The notes: a model not told the origin generated them from the letters alone. DNA of 45,313 nucleotides from a virus (IMGVR_UViG_3300029925_000049:1-45313), one strand, 5' to 3'; shown: positions 7,431 to 14,009, numbered from the stretch's first letter. Numbers and translations are program-made.

Positions 7431-7518
7431 TAGGGGGTTGACTACCCCCTACATATTGCCTAGAGTACATACATCGAAACACGGGCTTGCAGTTCAAGCC
7501 TTACAACGGAGAGACATC
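7431..7518 (+). promoter_or_regulatory. early promoter / stem-loop / RBS cassette copy 7
   Basis: TTGACT(7438)-17-TAGAGT, -35 in the loop of TAGGGGGT/ACCCCCTA; hairpin GGGCTTG-CAGTT-CAAGCCT; CAACGGAGAGACATC-ATG. Confidence 0.82.
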
Positions 7519-7806
7519 ATGAAATTTGCTAAAATTTTTGACCACGACAAATTTGGACAGATTTTGATTCGCATGTCGTACAAGGAAGGAATGTTTATGT
7601 ACGTGACATTGGCGATTGGTGAAGACCTCGCCGAAGTCTCTATGGAGTTCAAAGATGCTGAGGCATTAGAAGAAGCTTTTAATCGTACCGAATTAGACGA
7701 TCTGGATGAAATTTGTCAGACCATTGCTCAATATGCCGACAATGGTGACATTCCTGAGGGTGAAGATATTCCTATTAGTGGCGTCGTAGGCAAAACCGTT
7801 CATTAA
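7519..7806 (+). CDS. early hypothetical protein
   Basis: MKFAKIFDHDKFGQILI...; ATG after the cassette RBS. Confidence 0.75.
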   Translation: MKFAKIFDHDKFGQILIRMSYKEGMFMYVTLAIGEDLAEVSMEFKDAEALEEAFNRTELDDLDEICQTIAQYADNGDIPEGEDIPISGVVGKTVH

Positions 7807-7837
7807 GAGATGAGTGCCCTGTTTTTTTCTTTCTTAT

Positions 7838-7867
7838 TTGACAGGGGCCGGAAGCTGGGTGTAAATT
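7838..7867 (+). promoter_or_regulatory. putative sigma70 promoter for the ncRNA block
   Basis: TTGACA-18-TAAATT at the head of a ~700-nt region with no credible ORF. Confidence 0.45.
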
Positions 7868-7919
7868 TCAGTAAAATGTCGATCAACTAATGTTTACCGG
7901 TATCGACCACTTTAAAGAT

Positions 7920-7983
7920 TTAGTTGATTGTTGGAGAACGTTTTGAGTAGCTCTAAGCCGACAAGTACGCAACAATCAACTAA
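7920..7983 (+). ncRNA. structured element closed by a 14-bp stem
   Basis: TTAGTTGATTGTTG / CAACAATCAACTAA perfect inverted repeat. Confidence 0.5.
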
Positions 7984-7991
7984 TTGATATA

Positions 7992-8065
7992 TGTAGTGAA
8001 GCCGAAAAGTGAGGCACGCGACCTGATAAACGCGAGAACGGGGTGCAATACCTCGCACTACACCA
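7992..8065 (+). tRNA. atypical or pseudo tRNA-Ile(GAT)
   Basis: (T)GTAGTG/CACTAC + A-CCA, D stem GCC/GGC, loop CTGATAA on a distorted CGCG stem, T arm CGGGG-TGCAATA-CCTCG. Confidence 0.6.
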
Positions 8066-8100
8066 GTTTAATAAGTTTGTGTGACAAGGTTATCATAAAG

Positions 8101-8172
8101 GTGCATGTAGCTCAGTTGGAAGAGCGCTTGATTAATATCAAGAGGCCGTTGGTTCGAAACCAACCGCACATT
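8101..8172 (+). pseudogene. degenerate tRNA (intact D and T arms, 6-nt anticodon loop, broken acceptor stem, no CCA)
   Basis: TAGCTCAGTTGGAAGAGC; CTTGA-TTAATA-TCAAG; GTTGG-TTCGAAA-CCAAC. Confidence 0.7.
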
Positions 8173-8185
8173 TCACACAATGAAA

Positions 8186-8309
8186 TTTCCACAGAGCCAA
8201 CGGCCTAATGACCGGGCACAGGAAGTTGATTGGTAAAACCCATCTAGGGTTGAGCTAGTCCACAGGCGAACCGAATGGGGAAGTGCCGTCACGCAGCACC
8301 CTGTGGAAA
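8186..8309 (+). ncRNA. unassigned structured RNA (~124 nt)
   Basis: Closing stem TTTCCACAG/CTGTGGAAA, nested TGAC..GGCAC/GTGCCGTCA, hairpin AACCC-ATCTA-GGGTT. Confidence 0.6.
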
Positions 8310-8347
8310 CACTATAAGAATTGCGTCACATTTGTGCCGCTTAGAAT

Positions 8348-8510
8348 TTACATCAGGAAGCATAATTCCGTATTCAAGCAAGGTCAGGGAATCGACCCCG
8401 TGAGTGGAAAAGCCAAACGTTGGGTGACCAATGTAATCCGAAAGATTGGGCCGTTCTAGAGCCGCCCGAAAACCTAAATGGCGTAAACGCCGGATGGCGA
8501 CCTGATGTAA
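8348..8510 (+). ncRNA. unassigned multibranched RNA (~163 nt)
   Basis: Closing stem TTACATCAGG/CCTGATGTAA; hairpins ACGTTGG-GTGA-CCAATGT (GNRA), AATC-CGAAA-GATT, GGCG-TAAA-CGCC, GGTC..GACC, GGGC..GCCC. Confidence 0.68.
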
Positions 8511-8534
8511 CGCGTTAATATAAGAGGAAATGAA

Positions 8535-8915
8535 ATGCCCCTATACGAAGCAAAAAAATGGATAACCATTGAAGACTGCAGAGCAGCCCCAAACGAATAC
8601 TTCATTTTTGGGGACAACGTTGCAAGATGGGGTAAGGGCGGACAAGCCCAAATCAGGGACGAACCCAATGCTATCGGAATTCCTACCAAGTTTTCACCAT
8701 ACGAATATTTTTCTGAGGATGCGGACAAAATCGTTCCAGCAAAAATTGCTGTGCAAAAAAGTATTATCAAAGTGAAGGGCCTTCTCGATGCTGGTCATAT
8801 CGTCTGGTTCCCCATGGACGGGGTAGGGACGGGTTTAGCCAAGCTACAGGAGAAGGCCCCACAAATTCAAGAACTCATTCACGAAGAGATTGAGTGGCTA
8901 TATGATAGGTACTGA
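8535..8915 (+). CDS. conserved phage hypothetical protein (FGDN..GxGGQA..PNAxGIxTK family)
   Basis: YFIFGDNVARWGKGGQAQIRDEPNAIGIPTK, FPMDGVGTGLAKL; GAGG SD. Confidence 0.8.
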   Translation: MPLYEAKKWITIEDCRAAPNEYFIFGDNVARWGKGGQAQIRDEPNAIGIPTKFSPYEYFSEDADKIVPAKIAVQKSIIKVKGLLDAGHIVWFPMDGVGTGLAKLQEKAPQIQELIHEEIEWLYDRY

Positions 8916-8948
8916 TCGATTACTTAAGAGTACAGGCTGAAATAGTCA

Positions 8949-9007
8949 TTGACTCTCTATTGGGATGGTGTATTCTCTATTTTCACTCACCTCTAGGAGA
9001 CTAAATA
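8949..9007 (+). promoter_or_regulatory. early promoter cassette copy 8 (divergent leader)
   Basis: TTGACTCTCTATTGGGATGGTGTATTCT, then an AGGAG SD. Confidence 0.8.
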
Positions 9008-9217
9008 ATGAACAAGGTCAAAACACCAATTGCGGGTCATTACGAGATCCGCAATTCCAAGGGTGAGTTCATCGCGACCGCTAGGTTTAGCCGTAGGCGC
9101 GTATATGACTTCACCGAAGCGTTTTATATAGATCGCCGGACTGGTGAGAAGGTCGAAACCGACCACGCATTCGCAAAGGATTTTAAGGAATTTTTGGTCA
9201 ACAAAGATTTCGGTTAG
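9008..9217 (+). CDS. early hypothetical protein
   Basis: AGGAG SD, 69 aa. Confidence 0.7.
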   Translation: MNKVKTPIAGHYEIRNSKGEFIATARFSRRRVYDFTEAFYIDRRTGEKVETDHAFAKDFKEFLVNKDFG

Positions 9218-9236
9218 AAACACGAAGGAATATGTA

Positions 9237-9542
9237 ATGCTGAATATTTTAATGGGTCTTATTGCCGCAATCACACTATCTAACTCAGAACCTGAATATA
9301 TATACATTCATCTGTGCAATGATATGGCTCGATCAGTAACGCTGATGTCTGAAGAAGCCCCACAATTTTCAACCGACACCATATTCATTCGAAATGTATC
9401 CAATATGCAGACCGGTGAAATTATCGGTGATGTTTGGTTCCGTGGCGAAAGGTGGACTTGTGTAACAACTAAAATCCAGCTACTAATACTGGAAGATAGA
9501 ATCTTCTCGCTACCCGAAGCGGACACTGGCCCTACATTTTAA
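9237..9542 (+). CDS. hypothetical protein with signal peptide
   Basis: AAGGA SD; MLNILMGLIAAITLS. Confidence 0.65.
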   Translation: MLNILMGLIAAITLSNSEPEYIYIHLCNDMARSVTLMSEEAPQFSTDTIFIRNVSNMQTGEIIGDVWFRGERWTCVTTKIQLLILEDRIFSLPEADTGPTF

Positions 9543-9560
9543 CTAAACCGGAAATCAGTC

Positions 9561-9719
9561 ATGGCAAAAAATAAAAAAGAAAAGATTGGTTTAGCCCAAA
9601 ATAGACCATACACTAAAGAGGAATGGGACGATATTAAGAAAGCATTGTCAGATGTCCCCGATGTCCTTACTGGAAGATCATTTGTAACTATTGATAAATA
9701 CTTTGAGGGTCAGAAATAA
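9561..9719 (+). CDS. small hypothetical protein (52 aa, not in ORF track)
   Basis: MAKNKKEKIGLAQNRPYTKEEWDDIKK...; fills the gap between genes. Confidence 0.55.
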   Translation: MAKNKKEKIGLAQNRPYTKEEWDDIKKALSDVPDVLTGRSFVTIDKYFEGQK

Positions 9720-9726
9720 CTATGGC

Positions 9727-9759
9727 CAAATTTTATGTGACATGCAAATTTTATGTGAC
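9727..9759. repeat. 15-nt direct repeat, two copies
   Basis: CAAATTTTATGTGAC at 9727 and 9745. Confidence 0.8.
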
Positions 9760-9772
9760 GTAAAGAGTTTAT

Positions 9773-9848
9773 TCCTATCGACCAAGCAAGCGACTGGGCC
9801 TCCCTGTTAAGGAGAGATTGCGGGGAGCGTTACCTCGGATAGGAGCCA
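9773..9848 (+). tRNA. tRNA-Asn(GTT) with non-canonical D and T loops
   Basis: Acceptor TCCTATC/GATAGGA, G73, CCA; anticodon loop CTGTTAA on a CTCC/GGAG stem; T arm CGGGG-AGCGTTA-CCTCG; 76 nt. Confidence 0.75.
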
Positions 9849-9977
9849 AAATTAGTAATGCATGTAAGTCGGCAGACCAAGAGGTGCGACGCCTTGCATA
9901 CGAAAATCCGGTAGCGCGTAGAATCCGGCAAGTAGGTTGCAAAGCCTGCATCATTTTACACATAGCGAGAATTTATT

Positions 9978-10337
9978 ATGAGTGACACAAAACATGATGC
10001 ATTATGGGTCCTACAGGAAAATTTAAAGAGGTGCAATTCTCTGATAAAAACCGGTCACGCTGATTCTAACAGGGCGTTGGAAAAAGCTTCAAAGATTGAA
10101 ATCTCCACTGATGCATTCGAATCCGCGATTAAATTGTTGCAAAACGCTGGACTTAGTAATGCGACCAACAGTCCGTTATGGCAGCTTGAAAGTATGCTTA
10201 AAAGTAAACGAGATCACATCGCAAAATTATACGACATATCGAAAAATTGTCTGTCTGGCCTCCCTGATCTTATAAAAGAAGCAAACCAATACGAAGAAGC
10301 CGCCGACATTCTTGCACAAAGGGTCCCCCATGACTAG
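9978..10337 (+). CDS. hypothetical helical protein
   Basis: 119-aa ORF. Confidence 0.65.
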   Translation: MSDTKHDALWVLQENLKRCNSLIKTGHADSNRALEKASKIEISTDAFESAIKLLQNAGLSNATNSPLWQLESMLKSKRDHIAKLYDISKNCLSGLPDLIKEANQYEEAADILAQRVPHD

Positions 10338-10683
10338 GCGTTTAATGAGTGACGATAACGACACAACACAGCGCAATATATACAGAAGAATAAATCTTAA
10401 TGCAGTGTTGTATAATGGCGTCCCCGGAATTATTTTGGTATCTGATATCGAAAATCATGTAAAAGAATTTTTTGTGAACAATCCCGCTGCAAATTTTGTG
10501 ATGTGCTCGGACAACATTGTAGATGCTGTCACACCACATGTGCCCGATGGTATATCAATTTCCTCGGATGCCTATGCCACTGTCGATTACATCACTATCG
10601 GCTATCTAAAACCCGAAGACATTTTTCAGAAAAATGTTAGACAGTCTGAAGGTATACAAATCGTTCGTGTAGATAAGGAGTAA
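10330..10683 (+). CDS. hypothetical protein
   Basis: ATG overlapping the upstream gene end. Confidence 0.65.
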   Translation: MTRRLMSDDNDTTQRNIYRRINLNAVLYNGVPGIILVSDIENHVKEFFVNNPAANFVMCSDNIVDAVTPHVPDGISISSDAYATVDYITIGYLKPEDIFQKNVRQSEGIQIVRVDKE

Positions 10684-10687
10684 ATAA

Positions 10688-10858
10688 ATGTTGACAATTT
10701 TGGCGTATGTTGCTACGTTCGTTTTAGGCGTTGTAATTGGTGTTATTGGAATTTTTTGTTTCGGTATCTACATTATCAGTGAATCGCCATATCTCAGACA
10801 AGCCACAGAACCGAAATCTACCTTCGATAAAAAATCATCGGTGTTCGATAAAAAGTAA
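10688..10858 (+). CDS. small membrane protein (56 aa, not in ORF track)
   Basis: AAGGAG SD; MLTILAYVATFVLGVVIGVIGIFCFGIYII. Confidence 0.65.
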   Translation: MLTILAYVATFVLGVVIGVIGIFCFGIYIISESPYLRQATEPKSTFDKKSSVFDKK

Positions 10859-10887
10859 ACACCAACATTACATTATGGGAAATTGAA

Positions 10888-11997
10888 ATGACAAGAATTC
10901 TGGAACAAGGCAACTCATATAGTATTCATCACGACAAAGATTTTACCGTTCATGATGAATTGCCCCAAGGCACGTATTCAGTGCGGTATAATGAGATGAA
11001 AGATGAATATTTTCTCCTGAAGGTGGAAGATTTCACATTGCCAGACAAAATTTATGGCGACACCGAAAAGATGTCCGACAGGATTCTCAATACATTCAAT
11101 TGTCGGGACGGCTCAACGGGTGTGCACCTCGATGGCATGAAGGGGTCAGGTAAAACGTTGCTGGCTAAGATGCTGTCTGTACGCGGTGCCGAACAAGGCT
11201 TTCCCACAATTGTGATCAATGAGCCATACTTTGGCGAGACGTTCAATCGTTTCATGCAAAGCATCGGAAACGACACAATCGTTTTATTTGATGAATTTGA
11301 GAAGGTGTACGATACAGACGATCAACAATTTGTTCTGACGCTGTTTGATGGCACCTACACCTCCAAAAAAATGTTCATCATCACAACAAATGAAAACTGG
11401 CACGTTTCCGATTTTCTTAAGAATCGTCCGGGCCGTATGTATTATGCACTGAAGTTTTCAACTTTGGAAGAAAACTTTGTTCGGGAGTATTGTGACGAGA
11501 ACCTGAATAACAAAGACAACATTGACTCCGTGGTAACTTATGTTGGCGTTTTCGATGTCTTTAATTTTGACATGCTTGCTTCCGCGGTCGAAGAAATGAA
11601 TCGGTACGACGAAACACTCACCGAAGTTATCAAGTACATGAACATCGAGCCCACGGCTGGCCATTTCTCTTCATACGAGGTTGCTATGCATATTGGTGGC
11701 CACACCAAAATTATGAATTCTTCGTACGAACCAGAAGAAGATGTTTTCGACCTGAATTGGTACGTCAGTAAACATGCCATCCAAAACATGATCGATGAAG
11801 ACGCCAATGTCAATAAGATTTGGCAAGCACACAGCTGGCGGGACACTATTAAATTTGTGGGGTCTGATCTAATCTCGTATGACAAAGAAACGAAAATGTA
11901 TACATATTCAAAGACACCTGATAAAGGTGACATGTATCTCACGATGACGAAAAACACTCGTACACAATTTAGCCCCATGTCTATCTTGGGCGTCTAA
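10888..11997 (+). CDS. AAA+ ATPase
   Basis: Walker A GMKGSGKT, Walker B VLFDEFEK, LTLFDG, IITTN, KNRPGR arginine finger. Confidence 0.9.
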   Translation: MTRILEQGNSYSIHHDKDFTVHDELPQGTYSVRYNEMKDEYFLLKVEDFTLPDKIYGDTEKMSDRILNTFNCRDGSTGVHLDGMKGSGKTLLAKMLSVRGAEQGFPTIVINEPYFGETFNRFMQSIGNDTIVLFDEFEKVYDTDDQQFVLTLFDGTYTSKKMFIITTNENWHVSDFLKNRPGRMYYALKFSTLEENFVREYCDENLNNKDNIDSVVTYVGVFDVFNFDMLASAVEEMNRYDETLTEVIKYMNIEPTAGHFSSYEVAMHIGGHTKIMNSSYEPEEDVFDLNWYVSKHAIQNMIDEDANVNKIWQAHSWRDTIKFVGSDLISYDKETKMYTYSKTPDKGDMYLTMTKNTRTQFSPMSILGV

Positions 11998-12062
11998 AAT
12001 CAAATCACACAAACACATAAAGGGGAATGTCATGACGATGTAATTAAACACGGAGAAATGAC

Positions 12063-12353
12063 ATGAAAGAAAATAAAACGTACGAGAAACCTGATGCCCA
12101 TTGGTCTTATGTATTTTACCCAACATGGGTTGAATCTGATGATTGGTATCATTGTACTCTCACGTATCTTGGGCGCCCTAAGACACATAACGAAAGACGC
12201 TCTGTGGGTAATGCAACAGAGCAGGGTGTTCGTGTGCGCGCAAAGAGAAACGCGCACCACCTCGCCAGTGATTGGGACGATAAGTGGGTCCCTTCCACAA
12301 AAAGCTGGAAGAAATCTCATCGTTGTAAAAAACAGTACTTAAAGAACATTTAG
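12063..12353 (+). CDS. conserved basic phage hypothetical protein
   Basis: GGAG SD; RPKTHNERR...RAKR...WDD...KSWKK...KKQY. Confidence 0.72.
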   Translation: MKENKTYEKPDAHWSYVFYPTWVESDDWYHCTLTYLGRPKTHNERRSVGNATEQGVRVRAKRNAHHLASDWDDKWVPSTKSWKKSHRCKKQYLKNI

Positions 12354-12356
12354 TTG

Positions 12357-12412
12357 TTGACTCTCCGTTGGATTGGTGTATTCTCTAATCATCAAACAAC
12401 GGAGAGAACATT
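12357..12412 (+). promoter_or_regulatory. early promoter / RBS cassette copy 9
   Basis: TTGACT-16-TATTCT; CTCTCCGTTG (12361-12370) is the exact reverse complement of CAACGGAGAG (12397-12406). Confidence 0.88.
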
Positions 12413-12646
12413 ATGGCAAAGTTCGTAGCGACATTTAGCAAATTGTACGAAGACGATATATGGGCATTCGATATGGTTGTTGAGCGCGATGATCTTGAAG
12501 AAGCTTGGAACCGGGCAATGACATTTCGTTTCGATCACAACAGAAATGAAACCGGTCAGCCATGTGTTTTTGTGGCGCACATTTTACCCGCCTCCAAGTT
12601 CGTTACAGAACCGGATGGATTTATCAATAGCGAACAACGCTGGTAG
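12413..12646 (+). CDS. early hypothetical protein
   Basis: ATG after the cassette RBS. Confidence 0.75.
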   Translation: MAKFVATFSKLYEDDIWAFDMVVERDDLEEAWNRAMTFRFDHNRNETGQPCVFVAHILPASKFVTEPDGFINSEQRW

Positions 12647-12654
12647 GGATCATT

Positions 12655-12825
12655 ATGAGTTTACAAACTTTCAGTAAAATTATTTCCAAGCCATCGGGTG
12701 TATTCTCAATGGAATACCAAACATGGCAGAAAACAGAAACTAAAGAATGGCAGACCCACACAACCACTGTGTGGAGTCTGGGTACCATTTATATGTCGGG
12801 ATTGAATTATGAACAAAATTTTTAA
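12655..12825 (+). CDS. small hypothetical protein (56 aa)
   Basis: AGGGA SD, ATG 12655. Confidence 0.45.
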   Translation: MSLQTFSKIISKPSGVFSMEYQTWQKTETKEWQTHTTTVWSLGTIYMSGLNYEQNF

Positions 12826-12985
12826 CATCATATTTTGTATTGCAGGTCTGTTTCTTATCGGAATAGGCTTGTTCTTGATATACACAGGATTCTCAATGAG
12901 CCTCCTATGGATGTTTATATTGTGGATTTACGCCATTGGTCCCATCGCAGGTGGAACTTTGGCAATTGCGAGGGCGATAGAATGA
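12809..12985 (+). CDS. small two-TM membrane protein (58 aa)
   Basis: MNKIFNIIFCIAGLFLIGIGLFLIY...; ATGA overlap with the next gene. Confidence 0.65.
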   Translation: MNKIFNIIFCIAGLFLIGIGLFLIYTGFSMSLLWMFILWIYAIGPIAGGTLAIARAIE

Positions 12986-13194
12986 AAAGTTCAACCCAAG
13001 ACAACATCGTGTACTGCATACTGGCTTGTGTTATGTGCATCATCACGCTTAGTGCGTTCATAGGGATTTACCACCAGCAACAAAGTGAAACTGAGATTGA
13101 ACGTCTGAAATTGAATGTGGTCGCGGAGTGCGTATTGGTACAAGCCAGACCATTGCCAGAATGTGAATCACTGTTTGATAGTTGGGAAGGATAA
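12982..13194 (+). CDS. small membrane protein
   Basis: MKSSTQDNIVYCILACVMCIITLSAFIGIY; start revised. Confidence 0.65.
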   Translation: MKSSTQDNIVYCILACVMCIITLSAFIGIYHQQQSETEIERLKLNVVAECVLVQARPLPECESLFDSWEG

Positions 13195-13198
13195 TCCG

Positions 13199-13552
13199 AT
13201 GTTATTAGTACTATGGCTACTGCTCCAATCTTGGCATGATTGGGTCTCCAACGAATTCGACGATTCAAATAAATATCACAAGCTGTGTAAGGTACTCAGC
13301 GGGATCGGTTTCGTCGCAGCAGTATTCGGCGCCGTAATTTTTGGTGCCCCGGTGGTGGCGGGCCTGATCATTGGTCTCCTTGATTTTGTGTTTGGGGGTG
13401 CCTATGTTGTGGATGTCATATCCGTTATATTCGCTGGTCTTATGCCTGCCCTTAAACTTAACGTTATAGCGTTGCCGTTCACATTATTCGGCTTTGTGGG
13501 ATTCCTGAATTACCAAAAGACTAAACAAAGCCAGCCTATCCCGTCCTTATAA
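13199..13552 (+). CDS. multi-TM membrane protein
   Basis: AAGGA SD; three hydrophobic segments. Confidence 0.65.
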   Translation: MLLVLWLLLQSWHDWVSNEFDDSNKYHKLCKVLSGIGFVAAVFGAVIFGAPVVAGLIIGLLDFVFGGAYVVDVISVIFAGLMPALKLNVIALPFTLFGFVGFLNYQKTKQSQPIPSL

Positions 13553-13555
13553 ATA
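13548..13555 (+). promoter_or_regulatory. T4-type late promoter
   Basis: TATAAATA. Confidence 0.7.
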
Positions 13556-13580
13556 AAAGTAACCAATTAAGAGAAAGCAA

Positions 13581-13703
13581 ATGCGTAATCCAGTAGCAAG
13601 AGATATTCATGATCCCCGCTACCGCATGCGCATTCGTAAGCATAAGCGCCGCGAGGCCAATAAAAGAGCATGCCGACGCTGGCATCAATCAAAAGAAGAT
13701 TAA
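13581..13703 (+). CDS. ArfA-like small basic peptide (40 aa, not in ORF track)
   Basis: MRNPVARDIHDPRYRMRIRKHKRR... resembles the ArfA core NAxxxLLHDPLFRQRVEKNKK. Confidence 0.55.
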   Translation: MRNPVARDIHDPRYRMRIRKHKRREANKRACRRWHQSKED

Positions 13704-13710
13704 GGACCCC

Positions 13711-13944
13711 ATGGCTAAACTACAAACATTTGAACGCCTGATGCGCCGCACACGTGCCATTATCGAAACTGCCAAGAAGAGGGCAAAGGCAAAAAAGAAG
13801 AGTCTCCCCAAGACAAAAAAGGTCGGCACGTCTGCTGGCAAAGATCAACAGAATATTATCGTCCAAGGCAAAAAGAAGCCAACCAAAGCGCAGAAACGCA
13901 AAGACGAAAAGCTTCGCAAAGAACGCCAAGACAAAGACAGTTAA
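13711..13944 (+). CDS. highly basic Lys-rich protein (77 aa)
   Basis: AAGGA SD; MAKLQTFERLMRR...KKRAKAKKK. Confidence 0.7.
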   Translation: MAKLQTFERLMRRTRAIIETAKKRAKAKKKSLPKTKKVGTSAGKDQQNIIVQGKKKPTKAQKRKDEKLRKERQDKDS

Positions 13945-13964
13945 TTTAGTCTTACATCAAAAGT

Positions 13965-13994
13965 AAAAGAGAGCTTCGCGGCTCTCTTTTTTTT
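13965..13994 (+). terminator. rho-independent terminator
   Basis: AAAAGAGAGC-TTCGCG-GCTCTC followed by T8. Confidence 0.9.
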
Positions 13995-14009
13995 GTCTGC
14001 AATTAAGTG

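Noticed and set aside
7984-8208. 74-aa ORF, and ORFs 6425-6607 and 6435-6629
   Set aside because: They overlap tRNA or tRNA-like structures and lack an SD.
8186-8510. RNase P, SRP, 6S, cobalamin riboswitch or group I intron
   Set aside because: Their conserved core sequences were not found at the correct spacing by eye.
2706-12412. Cassette repeats as CRISPR repeats or integron attC sites
   Set aside because: They contain -35/-10/SD elements and are separated by whole genes; no cas or integrase gene in the window and no attC consensus seen.
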